DNA of 64,000 nucleotides from Eledone cirrhosa (Eukaryota), in contig OZ024747.1 of NCBI GenBank assembly GCA_964016885.1, forward strand, positions 64,418,001 to 64,482,000, written 5' to 3'. The stretch's first letter is position 1; each line of letters opens with the position of its first letter. The notes under the pieces are model-generated. The model did not search any database. It saw only the letters and a program-made list of their open reading frames with translations, and had not been told where the DNA came from. Below, piece by piece: positions 49,412 through 61,940 of the stretch. The translations under genes and the position numbers were made by a program.

Positions 49412-52400
49412 CTACAGGCTTATGTAAAGAGAAGGCCCATTCACACGGGCCATTCTCGCCACTTTCACCCACCTTTCATAAAAACGACTGGGGTGCAGCA
49501 CCTCTCTCTCCATCCTGATCCTTCTTCCGAAATGATATCGGAAGAAACGGACCAGTTGTTGGCCAGAGAGAAAGGTGCCTGACCTCAGTCCTTTCAGACG
49601 CGTCCACCATACAACCTCTTTCGCCATGGCTATTACGCACAGAAACACCGCCTCTGCTTCATCTTTGAAGGGGGGAGGCGGCTTGATCATTACAATAGAC
49701 TCGGTGGTCAACCGGATCGGTCCCACCCTTGACAGCAGTTGTTCGACATAGCCCCACAGATCGGCTACGCCCGAGCAGTGTACCAATGCGTGTGCAACGG
49801 TTTCCTCGTCGCACACGCATCTGGGACAGATCTTTTTGGCGGGGTCCCTACCCGGGCGCCCGTGTCTGTAGAGCCTTTCTCGAACGGGTAAAGCCCCTCG
49901 GTAGCACTGCCAGGCCAGGGACTTCTGGAAGTTGTCCATAGGTCCCAGGCTGAATGTCCTACCGAACAGGTTGGCCAGTTCGTCTTCCTCCATGTCTAGG
50001 GCTTCTCCGAGGGCGTCGTCGCACCTGCTGCGTACCAGCCCTCTATAGAATGTTGCGTGGAGTCTCCACTGATAACCGGATCCGCCTGCCAGAGGGCGGT
50101 GAGCGCCTGGGCACACTGAGTGTGCCAGGCGCCCAGTTTTCTAGTTCTTTGCTTGACCCAGGATTGCAGCTCGGTGAGTGAGACGAGTCTGGGAAAGGTT
50201 CGTCTCACAAACGAGGCCCACACCGGTTGTCCGGTGAGGAATACGTAGAGGTGCCGTAGCCTTAATGCGTGTTTACGCATCACTAGCCACGGCATCCCCA
50301 GCCCTCCTTTCGAAGGGTGTTGACAGCAGATGGATCTCCTCACCATAGGAGCCCGCCTCTTCCAAAGGAATTGGAAGAGCGCGCGCTCCATCTTGGTGAG
50401 GGTTTCCCTTGGGCAGGGCACTACGGTCAGGCGGTAGTAGATGACGGACGCTATATAAGTGTTCGCCACCTCCGCCCGACCTTTCAGGGATAGTTTGCAA
50501 CTGGCCCACTTCTGGGTCAGTACAAACACCCTGTTCGTAACCTCCGCCCAGTTTTTCTCCACCTGGAGGTCCGGTCCGAACCAGACCCCGAGCAACTTCA
50601 CCGGGCCCTCCGTCCAGCGTCCGACGACGCCATCGGAGGACATCGGTCTGCCCCTCCACGTGCCGAGTTGCAAACCGATCGACTTGTCCCGGTTCAGCTT
50701 AGCCCCTGTGAACTTTTCGTACTCCTCCAGTAAGGTGCCGACCGCCTCGATTTCGGAAGCCGTCGACACCATTACTGTCACGTCATCGGCGTAGGCTGAC
50801 ACCGCTTTCCGCAATCCCGGTTCCAAAGGGATGCCCTGCAACAACTCCAACTTCCGCAGTAGTGGCTCGAGAGTCAACACATACAGAAGGGAGGAGAGAG
50901 GGCACCCTTGTCGGATGGACCGCGCGATTTTGAACGGCTCCGAGAGGTAGCCGTTCACCTTGACCCTAGAGCAGATGCGGCTGCTGTGCATAGCAGTGAT
51001 CCAGCCCCTCAAAACGGGTCCGAAGCCTGCCGCCGCTAGCACCGCATCCAGGTAACCATGGTCGACCCTATCGAACGCCTTAGATTGATCCAAGTTGATC
51101 AGAGCCCCACCAAAGCCGGGTTCGTTCCCAACCCTCTCTATGATGTATCGCATGAGGTGGAGGTTGTCATGGATGGACCTGGACGGGATAGCGCATGTCT
51201 GCACATCTCCCACCAGGTTGCCCACGACAAGCGCCAACCTCTTTGCTAGCACCTTGGCCAAAATCTGTAACTCTGTATTTAGCAGAGTTATGGGCCTGAA
51301 GTTACTTATTTCGTCCCCCTTGTTCTCGTACTTCCTCACTAGCGTGACTACGCCCTTGGTCACAGTACAGGGAATTCTCCCGTTCTGTTGCCAGTTGCAG
51401 TAGACCGCCTCGAGGAGATCGGGGAACAAGTCCGGCATAGCTAGATATAATTCGTAAGGAAGACCATCGAGACCCGGGGATTTGCGTTTGCCGCATTGGC
51501 TCAGCACGTCCTCTATCTCAGCGGCCGAAATCGGCTCCTCGCAGGACTTCGCCTCCCTGTCCGAGAGGCGCGGCAGGCCGTCGAGGTATGGACCGAAGTC
51601 CACGTTCCCAACCGGCTCCCCGCCCCTCCCGAACAGTCGGGCAAAGTGCCTTTGAAAGGCCTCACACATCTGCTTAGGCTCAAGAATCGCCCGTCCATCC
51701 AGGTCTCGCAAAGACCGGATGGTGGATTTAGTTCCACTGTTGGCCTCTGTCACGCGGGCCCAGCTAACAGCTTTGGCCCCCTCGTTCCCTAGAGCACGTA
51801 TTTTACTTCGGACAACGCAGCCTTCGTGCTTCGCGTCGAAAAACTGGCTCAAAGCCGTTCTCGACGCTAGCACTCTGGCCACGTCGCCGCTTCTAATTGC
51901 CTCTTCTACTCTATCTATTAGCTCCCTTTCCTTCCTATTCCTATCCGCAGCTAGAACCTTACTAAATTCAATCGAGACTACTCTAATCTCTCTCTTTAGA
52001 GATACCCACCACCTGCTGTTGACGATCGCTCCAGTCAACCGTTCCTTAACTAACGTACTAATCCGATTCCTGTAGGCTCTACTTGCCGGCAAGGACAAGT
52101 TGAGCTTCCAGTAACCGGGGCCCTGTCTATGCGTTCTATCAAGGTTGACCATGCAGGTCACCAACTTGTGGTCTGAATAGCCAACCATGAGCATTTCTGG
52201 ACAACTTAAAAAGTCCCTGTCCTTATTTCTAACTAAAAATCTATCTAGGTACGATCTAGATGATCCGCTGCGATTTGACCAAGACCAGGTTGGCACCGTC
52301 GGAAAATCTAGTCGAAATCTATCGGCCAGGTCAAATCGGCCGAGTAACCCCTTGAGGCTGTTGCACCCCTCTCTATCGGGACATGCCCCTGCATAGTCCC

Positions 52401-52848
52401 AACGTGCATCCAGGATACCATTCCAATCCCCCACTAAAAGCAGGGAACGGGACGTCCCTAGAAAAGACTCCAGACGCTGGAAAAAGTCGGGCCGCTCTGT
52501 CCCAAAAGGGGCATATGCGGCTACCAGCCTAAGGGCTCTACCTTCACCACTGCCAAGGTTCAGCACCACCAGTCGACCCCCTGGGTCCAAGTGAACTATC
52601 TGTGTTGCAAGGCCCATATGTTTTTGCAGCAGAACGACAACCCCACCCCCACCTCCGGGCTGACAGAGAGATGCGTGCATCTCAAAGTCGTCAAAGGTGG
52701 GGGCTAGCTGTCGCATGCTGCTGATCCTGGCCTCGCAGATAACCATCACATTTATAGATTGTGACCTGAGGTCATTTAGAAGCATTGCTTGCTTCCAAGA
52801 CGAGCCCAGGCCACGCGCATTTAGACACCCTACTCTTAGCACAGCCAT
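49412..52848 (-). CDS. ORF2: APE endonuclease, reverse transcriptase and C-terminal zf-RVT/CCHC; one frameshift near 50060-50100
   Basis: ATG at 52848 (MAVLRVGCLNARGL). EN motifs VGDWN, YLDRF, SDHK, then GYWKLN. RT motifs KSPGLDGLP, FRPITLLN, DQSKAFDRV, RQGCPLS, YADD. The C-terminus CPRC...HALVHC lies in ORF 49412-50116. Confidence 0.92.
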
Positions 52849-52872
52849 GTTGGTGGTAAAGAGAAAAGGCAC

Positions 52873-54717
52873 TTACCTCTCTGCGTCCCGGGAAACGGGC
52901 CGCTCAATTTCCATGCTGGTTGGGGATGGGTTGTTGGGTGGGGTGGTGGTTTGTGGAAGTGAAGGGGCATCGGTGTGTTGTGGGGTTGGGGTGTTTGTCG
53001 TTGAGTGGGTGTCTGGGTGGGGTGGGGAGGGGGGGGATTTTTTTAGGAGGACGCGGTTGATTGGTTTGGCGCAGGGGGGGCCCACGTCCTCCGTGAAATT
53101 TATTTTCAGTGTTTTGTACAAGTGCATTGGGACTTTTATCATTTTCAAATGAGGTAGTCCCACAGCAGTTATAAAGTTTGGCCCTTCAGTTTGGACCGAA
53201 GGGTTTGCTGAAATTGTTTTCCGTAATTCTTTGTTGTCTGTGTTCATGTATGTGTATTGTAAGGTCTTTTTTGTGTAGCAGTTAGTGTTGTGTGACAGGG
53301 AGGGGTGGTTTGTGTGTAGTTTGTGTTCTCTTGGGTGGGGGGGTTAAAGTTAACATGTGTGTCTGTGGTGCGTCTCCTCTTCTTTCTTTTTACTTGTTGG
53401 AAGGGATCTTTTTCGTCTTGCGACGAAAGAGGTTCGTCTTCCTTGTTGGGTGGGAGGGGTATGTTTTCTGGTAGTGTTTGCGGTGTGCGTGTTTTTGTAT
53501 TTGATTTGGGTGGGGAGGGATTGGGTGGTACAGTATTCTGTGTTATTTTTTCACGTGTTTGTTGTTGTTGTTGTTGTGGTGGTGGTGGTGGGGTTGTTGG
53601 TTTTTGTTGTTGTTGTGGTTGTTTTTGTTGTTGTAGTTGGGGTGGTGTTGGTGTTGGTAGCAGTGTTTTTTCTGTGTGAGCTGGGGACAGGCAGCCCTCA
53701 GGTGACCTCTATTGCCACAGAGGTAACAGGAGGGACGCCTACCCTCCACAATAATGTTGAGGTGGGTACGGTCATCCAGCATGACGCGCTCAGGGATTTG
53801 GGCGATGCGTTCTGGCCTTATTTGGGTCAGAACTTCGATACTCGTTCCACTGAACGCGTCGCCGGATGCCTTCCCTATTGAAATGAGGTTGTCCTCGTCT
53901 AAACCGGTTAGTAACCACCAGTAGTTTATGTTTGGGGTGATGGTGGTTATCCATATCCTCTGGGTTTTTTTACCCATGTAGGTGGGGAAGAAGGTGTAGT
54001 GTGTGGACCGAATTGGCGACACAGAGTATTTTTTTGCCGCCAATTCGTCTTTCATCAATATGGATAAACTCCCATAGAGTTTATCCTTTTGTATAAAAGT
54101 GATATCTCTCATCGCGTCTTTCAAGACTAACTGAATTTCCGCTTGAGATGGTTGCGCTGGTTTCTTTGTTTTATTTAAAATTGTTCGGAATACGACAGTT
54201 CGTAATTCCGTCTGTCTTTTTAGCTCCGGAGGTGAATGTATAGAAAACGAACCGTTTTCGCCAAAAGACACATATTTCTTGGCTTTTTCCAGCATTTCTT
54301 TTGCTTTTGAAATATCTTCCAGCACATAAGCGACTGATAATTTAGCCGTTTGTGCAAAAGATATTTTGTTTTCGTTTTGGATTTTAGTATTGTTTTGTTT
54401 CTCGTCGTTTGAGTTGTTTTCATCTTTGTTGTTGTTGTTGTCTTTCTCGTTTGGTGTGTGGATACTTGTGACGTTTGTGTTGTTGTTGTTTTTGTTGTCT
54501 TTATTGTTGCTGTTGTTGTCGTTATTGTTGTTGTTGTTGTTGTTTTCAAATTCTTGTGTAGTTGTGGCTACATCTAGTGGTCGGTCAACAGGTGAAGACA
54601 ATTCTTCCTCTCTCTGACCTCTGTCTTTGGCATCTGCTGCTGTGACAGTGGCAGGGGGAAGCTGTGAGTATGACTTCCCCTTTCCTTCTTTGATCGATGA
54701 GAAGATGCTTCAGCCAT
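52873..54717 (-). CDS. ORF1: gag-like nucleic-acid-binding protein, broken by about three frameshifts
   Basis: CCHC knuckle CYLCGNRGHLRAAC in ORF 53543-54601, with an N-rich N-terminal part and a P/Q/T-rich tail. Probable ATG at 54717 (aaaATGG). The last segment 52873-53247 ends 24 nt before the ORF2 ATG. Confidence 0.75.
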
Positions 54718-54944
54718 TTTTCTCAAAATAGGGTTTTTCGAAGTTTTTCGAAAGATAAAATGTTCACAATACTATTTCGCCCTAAGGCGCAGAATATTTT
54801 GAGAGACCGACCAGATCAAAATTTGACCTGGCAGTCCCTCTACAAAATGGTACAAAAATTAAAGTTAACAGACAAGAATTTCTATAGAAATTTAAACAGA
54901 ACTTACTCAGCAAGTTATACGCGTGTGTCCATCCCAGTTAGAGT

Positions 54945-55012
54945 GATAGATAGACTGACAGATAGACTGACAGATAGACTGACAGAAAGACTGGCAGATA
55001 GACTGCCAGATA
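54945..55012. repeat. Short tract of the same 12-bp satellite at the element's 5' junction
   Basis: gatagatagactgacagatagactgacagatagactgacagaaagactggcagatagactgccagata. Confidence 0.95.
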
Positions 55013-55391
55013 CACAAATCTATATAATGATGATAAAGTAAGAAGTGCCGGACTACGTCCGGAATATATATTTTCTTTATCTCGTTTGTAAAATAAGTTG
55101 GAATAATTTGAATAAATAATGAATGAATATTACATAATTTATCTACTAAATTTCGTTATTCTTGATTAAATATAAATAAATTTGTTGCTTATTTTATGAT
55201 TCACTTCTTTAAAATGTTCAAATGTCAACACTTCCGCTTAGCGATCGCTTAAATAAATATTCATATATTTCCTAATTTTCTCCCAATGCAGTTTATATGC
55301 TAGTCTATATGCGGTTTTTCTGCTAGTCTATATCAGGAAGTGATGTATGTTACATTGGTATCTTTTTAGTAATTCAGGTTTCATATATGTA

Positions 55392-55662
55392 GAAGGCAGG
55401 ATTTAATGGAGAGGGGGGACAAAGCGGGCAATTGCCCCAGACCCCTTGCAATCGGTAGTCCCAATAGCGATACCCGATGCAAATTATTTGTGCCCTCAGC
55501 TGAGATTTTTTAATTTAGGATGGTTAAAAGTTTTGAATTTAATAAATTCCAATTCATTCCGGTAAGCTAACTTTGAAATGTAAAATTTGAGTTTGTTATG
55601 TATTATATTTTTATGTGTAGACCTGAAGTACCCCTGGCTCCCCAAGGTCTAAATCCAACCTG
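55392..55662. mobile_element. hAT-like MITE with 8-bp TSD
   Basis: tatatgta at 55384-55391 and 55663-55670; degenerate TIRs gaaggcaggatttaa / ctaaatccaacctg. Confidence 0.6.
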
Positions 55663-55997
55663 TATATGTACCTGCTGTTGTACATACAGTTCTTCGAATA
55701 TTTCAAGAATTCACTTCGCAGCTCTTAGGTTGTAATGCTGTTACTTCTGCATGGCATCATAGGCTAGCGTTATATACATTTTTGGTGGACCCCAGTTTCT
55801 ACACAACTGTTTCTACATTTGGCACAAGGCCAGCAAATATCCCAGTGTAAATAAAGTACAAGTCATGCACTGGGATAATTGCTGGCCTTGTGCCAAAAGA
55901 AGAAACAGTTATATACTATAGACTCGGGTCCACCAAACATGTATGAGCGAATTTGGGAAGACAGAGACTATTTGGAAATCTGCCGGAGGTACTGCAA

Positions 55998-56145
55998 GCG
56001 GCGGATTGGCAGAGTCATTAGAACGTTGGATAGAATGCTTTATAGTATTCATTTCGGCGCTCTGTACAAATCCAGCCGACGTCAACTTTGCCTTTCATCC
56101 ATCCAAGGTCGATAAAAATAGTACCAGTCCAGTACTAGGGTCAAA
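55998..56145 (+). mobile_element. Diverged, partial tRNA-derived SINE
   Basis: gcggcggattggcag...caaatccagccgacgtcaactttgcctttcatcc...gtcgataaaaatagtaccag. Confidence 0.7.
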
Positions 56146-57014
56146 TCTTCCTCTATATCTCTTTCTCACTTCCTTTCTCTCACTCTCTCTCTATCCTTCT
56201 AATGTATTCAGGATTGGAGAGGAGATGGGCTCCACCAGGTTTACAAAAAGACCTAGAAACGGCGTATATCAATATGGCACGCCTATGACTCCTCAGGAGT
56301 TACGGTTCCATTTCATATCCAGGTAGTGCACCTGTAATTCAGAGAGTTTTCATTCTCACACACTGTCCCATGCTAAATTAGCGTTAAGCGTACTCGTGTC
56401 TGTGGAATACTCAGCCACTTGCAAGTTAATTTCACGAGCTGGTTCGTTCCTTTGATCACACAACTGGGATACTCATACATTTCTGAATATAAAATATAAC
56501 AGCATTATAATTAAGGCTTAACTTGTTTGAATATGTTGCACCGTGATTTTAAGAGTTTAATTAAAACGTGTACAAGATTAAACAAAATAAGGGAATAATA
56601 AAAATAATAAATATACACATATAGAGAAATAAATGCATTCAGTGAGTTTAAATATAACTTGTCTTGTTCAGGCAGAATTGCTTTTACAGTGCACTGTGAT
56701 AAATCTATGCTATTGTACATATCTTTACTCACTAACGTAATTTTAAGTTTAGAATCTGAACACAGTAAGAAATGTTATTCAATTTCCCATTGTGATTTCA
56801 TTCTAATGAAATAAATGCAAGTTTTTATCTTGCAACTTATTGATTTATCCTTTATAGTTGCTCATGTTCGTTAAATGTAACAAACAGTACAATAAAACAA
56901 AATCATTTACAGTCAAACTTTTTTCTTCTGTTTCTTTCATAATTATTATCACCCTCCTCCTTTTCATCATCGTCATCGTCGTCATCATGATCATCATCGT
57001 GGAAATGATATAAT

Positions 57015-57520
57015 CACTATCGGTAGAGCGTCGAACAAAATGCATTGCAGTATTTAGCTACAATTTTCTGCGTTCTGAATTCAAATCTCACTGCGGTCGA
57101 CTTTGCCTTTTATCATTCATTACTAACTTGAAAACTTAAATCTCCAGTTAAGCCCAAGGGTCGATAAAATATCACCATTAATTAATGGCATTGTGCGGTG
57201 GATTTGCAGTATTGGTAGAGCGACGGACAGCATGCTTTATTGAATAGGCTTACACCCCTTTATGGTCTGGGATTCAATTCCCACTGTCAGTCTAGTATCC
57301 CCTATATATAGGCCCTTAGAGCCGGCAAAGTATTTGACAAGATACTTAGCGGCATCGAGTTATGGTCCTTTACGTTCTGAGTTCAAATCCCGCCGAAGTT
57401 AGCTTTGCTTTTCATCCTTACGAGGTCGATGAAATAAAGTACCAATAATGCAATGGGGTCGATTTAATGGACTTTCTCCCCTCCCCCAATATTGTTGGCC
57501 TTGTGCCTAAATTAGTAATC
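57015..57520 (+). mobile_element. Cluster of three partial or near-complete SINE copies
   Basis: SINE motifs at ~57015-57170, 57195-57290 and 57320-57520 (gagttcaaatcccgccg...ttggccttgtgcctaaa). Confidence 0.75.
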
Positions 57521-58088
57521 ATCATTATTATTTTTTGGTTATTTATCCGCTCTCTATAAGGAAAGAAGACGTGGTACATGAATATGAGAATATGTTGTTG
57601 TTGTTGTTGTTGTTTGCTCTGCACAGCTTAGTTATTGCGAATTAATTGCAATTAATGTTCATATTCATAAAATCAGTTTAATATTTATTTTACATTATAT
57701 CATATAATCTCTTTAAAGAAAATAATTTGAATAGTTCATTTCTATATAATTCGTTTGTGGTGCTTCTAACGGAGATAAAGAAGGTTTTATAAATTGCATG
57801 GTTACAGAATACATATTGTGTAGTGGAGAAACATATCTTAGTTAGCATCGCTCCTCGTATATCATTGCTTCATTTATGAACATTTAATATGATTAAAAAT
57901 ATAAAGAAACTCAGGAGGCTTTCAATAGTGAATCTATAGAAATGAAATATAATTAGAGTAATGAATCTGGGAATATCTATTCTAGTAAAGCTATTCAATT
58001 CTGGCTATGTATTCCATATCCCATTGTCTTTATTTTGTTAATCGTACAAACTCATGTACAGAAGTTTGATTATATATATGTATATATA

Positions 58089-58120
<32 letters not shown>

Positions 58121-59187
58121 CGTATGTGTGCGTGTGGGTGTGTGTATGTGTATGTATACATATGTATATATGTATGCATATATGCATGTAAGTTTGTACG
58201 TATGCATGTACTCATGCAGGAATACATGTGTGTATATTTGCATGCATGTACGCATGTGTGCATTTATGTATGTATATATGTTTGCATACTTAAATGTATA
58301 CATATATAGTAAACGCACCCGCACACACACACAAACACAAACACAAAATCGCTCTTTCCTCTTCTCACTATCTATCTTTTTATTTTATCTTTTATTTCTT
58401 TTGTTACCTTCTGATGATGAATCCGAAACAAAGATTATATGACTACTATAACAAGCGTTAAATAAACTATATATGTTTATTGTATCGTCCGGAGTGCCTT
58501 TTGTTTTACGTCCAATATTTGCACTCAGACACGAATTATATATATATTGCAAGGGATGTCAACATGAATGGATCTGCTATTATTATATAAAGACATGTTT
58601 TTCCTATTCCAGTTCCTATTCCATTTCCTATTCATTCATAATGAAAATCTATTTTATTTTTCATTCTTATTTCTGATGAAGGACTAGCGTCCGAAACGTT
58701 AAGATCCTCTTCCTGCTATATCAGGCATTAACCTAAGATATACCTTCCATATAGTGCACCGATTGTACATAATATATATATCAAATATATAAAAACCAAA
58801 TAGCAAATATTTATTTTAAATAACAGATTAAGTTTAAGAAGATCTCCTTTGCTTAAACTTTAATCTGTTATTTAAATATATATATAAAGTTTTCATACTT
58901 ATATATATATAAGCAGACAGTATTATTGATTTAGGTGTTGCAGAAACCCAATTTCTGAGTATTCCATCTTCCACGAAGGGTCCGGGAAAATATTGCAATC
59001 ATATCTCATTTTATTTGACCCGTTTAGCTTGTTCGCTTTTTTGGCTATGGTGGTTAATGGCTTCTTAACCATTGTCTCAGCGTGTATGACCATTTTAACT
59101 TATGTTTATAGCTCTGGTATCTTCTTGTCAGCACAATATGGAAGTTGCGTTTCGCTAATTTCTACCCGCCGTAATGCGATTCTCGCT

Positions 59188-59262
<75 letters not shown>

Positions 59263-59443
59263 AATCGCTGCTTTCACCCTTAAGTTGATCTTCTTAAACT
59301 TAATCTGTTATTTTAATAAATATTTGCTATTTGGTTTTATATATATATTATCCTTATCGAGCCCTCATCGGATTTTCGTCTTCACGTTTATTATTATTAC
59401 TATATATATATATTTATATATATATATATTTATATATATATAT

Positions 59444-59478
<35 letters not shown>

Positions 59479-59505
59479 TTTATATATATATATATATATA
59501 TATAT

Positions 59506-59558
<53 letters not shown>

Positions 59559-59560
59559 TT

Positions 59561-59597
<37 letters not shown>

Positions 59598-59691
59598 TCT
59601 ACATATATATATATGTATATATACTTTACATATATATATATATATATGTTTTATATATATATATATATACTTTACATATATATATATATAT

Positions 59692-59723
<32 letters not shown>

Positions 59724-59726
59724 CTT

Positions 59727-59776
<50 letters not shown>

Positions 59777-59820
59777 ATATATATATATATGTAAAGTATA
59801 TATATATATGTAAAGTATAT

Positions 59821-59867
<47 letters not shown>

Positions 59868-60038
59868 TAAAGTATATATATATATATAGTAATAATAATA
59901 AACGTGAAAACGAAAATCCGATGAGGGCTCGATAAGGATAATATATATACTTTATATATATTTATATATATATATATTAGAAAGTGAGGTTTTTTTTACA
60001 AAATGAAAAATAACCGAGGTGTCCTACACGAGTGAAAG

Positions 60039-60326
60039 TATAAAGAAAAAGAGATGAAATCGAAAATGCAACTGCAGTCTTATTTTTAAAAAAAATATAT
60101 ATATTTATTTGGTTCCTTTACCGGTTTCGCAGTTCTTCTGCTTTTCAAAAGGTGAGTTGAGATGGAGGGTCTGTGATTTTTCTAAAAACCACAAACCCTC
60201 CATCTCAACTCACCTTTTGAAAAGCAGAAGAACTGCGAAACCGGTAAAGGAACCAAATAAATATATATATTTTTTTTAAAAATAAGACTCCAGTTGCATT
60301 TTCGATTTCATCTCTTTTTCTTTATA
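60039..60326. repeat. 288-bp palindrome with a 2-nt centre
   Basis: tataaagaaaaagagatgaaatcg ... cgatttcatctctttttctttata; centre at 60182-60183; about 3 mismatches by eye. Confidence 0.95.
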
Positions 60327-60455
60327 TATATATATATATACACTTTATATATATATACTTTATATATATATATATACTTTATATATATATATACTTTATA
60401 TATATATATACTTTATATATATATATACTTTATAAATATATATATATATACACTT

Positions 60456-60493
<38 letters not shown>

Positions 60494-60499
60494 TATAAA

Positions 60500-60540
<41 letters not shown>

Positions 60541-60778
60541 ATATATATATATAAAGTATATATATATATAAAGTATATATATATATAAAGTATATATATA
60601 TATAAAGTATATATATATATATAAATATATATATATATATTTATATACATATATATATAAAGTATATATATATATATTTATATACATATATATATAAAGT
60701 ATATATATATATATATAAAGTATATATATATAAAGTATATATATATATATATATATATAAAGTATATATATATATAAA

Positions 60779-60822
<44 letters not shown>

Positions 60823-60984
60823 TTAAGGAAACTATTTATGGTTATGCAAATACAAGAACCTTTTGTAGTTAAATATATGTTTACAAACCCTAAATAGTGA
60901 TAAGCACTAATATATTACTACCTTATTACCAGTAAGTTAAATAGCTCAATGTACTAACATCAGATGTTTTACAGAGCAGTTATA

Positions 60985-61562
60985 TATAAGTTATAAGAAT
61001 CAAAGTTCTGATCAAATCATGTCTATGCTTACAATTGTTTCCTCCAAACCGAGGTTTAGATTCTTCGGAGCAATTTATTAATGGATGATCACATATATGA
61101 CCTCCTTTTCAACCCAAGGGACATACAGATACATATGCAAACAGTGTTGCTCGGCAGGTCGACAACCATTATAATATTTAGTGTAGCAGTATACATTTAA
61201 AGGTTACATTATTATCCAAAGAGGATAAAATCAAGAATTAAGGTTAAAATACAACATGAAATTAATGCGATAGGGTAGTCATAAGCAGTTATTGAGTGCA
61301 ATAGTTACACGTGTGCCAGGCACGTGTGTCTTGTTTATATAATGTTATAGTGCGGCAGAGTGTTACATGCAACAGAAGCACACTAAATATTATAATGGTT
61401 GTCGACCTGCCCAGCAACAATGTTTGCATATGTATCTGTATGTCCCTTGGGTTGAAAAGGAGGTCATCCATTAATAAATTGCTCCGAATAACCCAAACCT
61501 CGGTTTTTGAGGAAACAATTGTAAGCATAGAAATGATTTGATCAGAACTTTGATTCTTAAAA

Positions 61563-61567
<5 letters not shown>
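60985..61567. repeat. Inverted repeat with ~200-bp arms and a ~195-bp spacer
   Basis: 60985-61185 is the diverged reverse complement of 61380-61567 (aagaatcaaagttctgatcaaatcat / atgatttgatcagaactttgattctt). Confidence 0.9.
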
Positions 61568-61627
<60 letters not shown>

Positions 61628-61743
61628 TGAAACAAAATGAAAACGAAATTTTATTTCTCACTCTTAGTATGGCACTTACTTAAATGTAAGTATGCATGTA
61701 TACGTACATACATATATGTATACAGACGCACAGTAGCATGCAC

Positions 61744-61776
<33 letters not shown>

Positions 61777-61940
61777 TACATACATATGCATACAGGTACA
61801 CATACATATATGTACGTATCAGTTTAGCGGCGCTTATTATAACGTCGCTTTGTTCGTTTGTAAACAAACTGAACAGCCTGAATTTATGCCATACGGTGTT
61901 AAGGCAACCACGTCACCTTTTTGTTCAACACTGACACAGG

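Larger units (their letters stand above)
49149..54944 (-). mobile_element. Near full-length L1-clade (Tx1-like) non-LTR retrotransposon
   Basis: 5' UTR ~54718-54944, ORF1 with zinc knuckle, ORF2 with APE+RT+CCHC, 3' UTR 49149-49411 with AATAAA (49156-49161, minus strand). Both ends abut the 12-bp satellite. Confidence 0.93.

Noticed and set aside
49318-54617. Plus-strand ORFs overlapping the retrotransposon
   Set aside because: Antisense shadows of GC-rich or low-complexity coding sequence.
58925-59160. Possible decayed GIY-YIG endonuclease fragment on the minus strand
   Set aside because: Only a faint resemblance across several stops; cannot be supported without a profile search.
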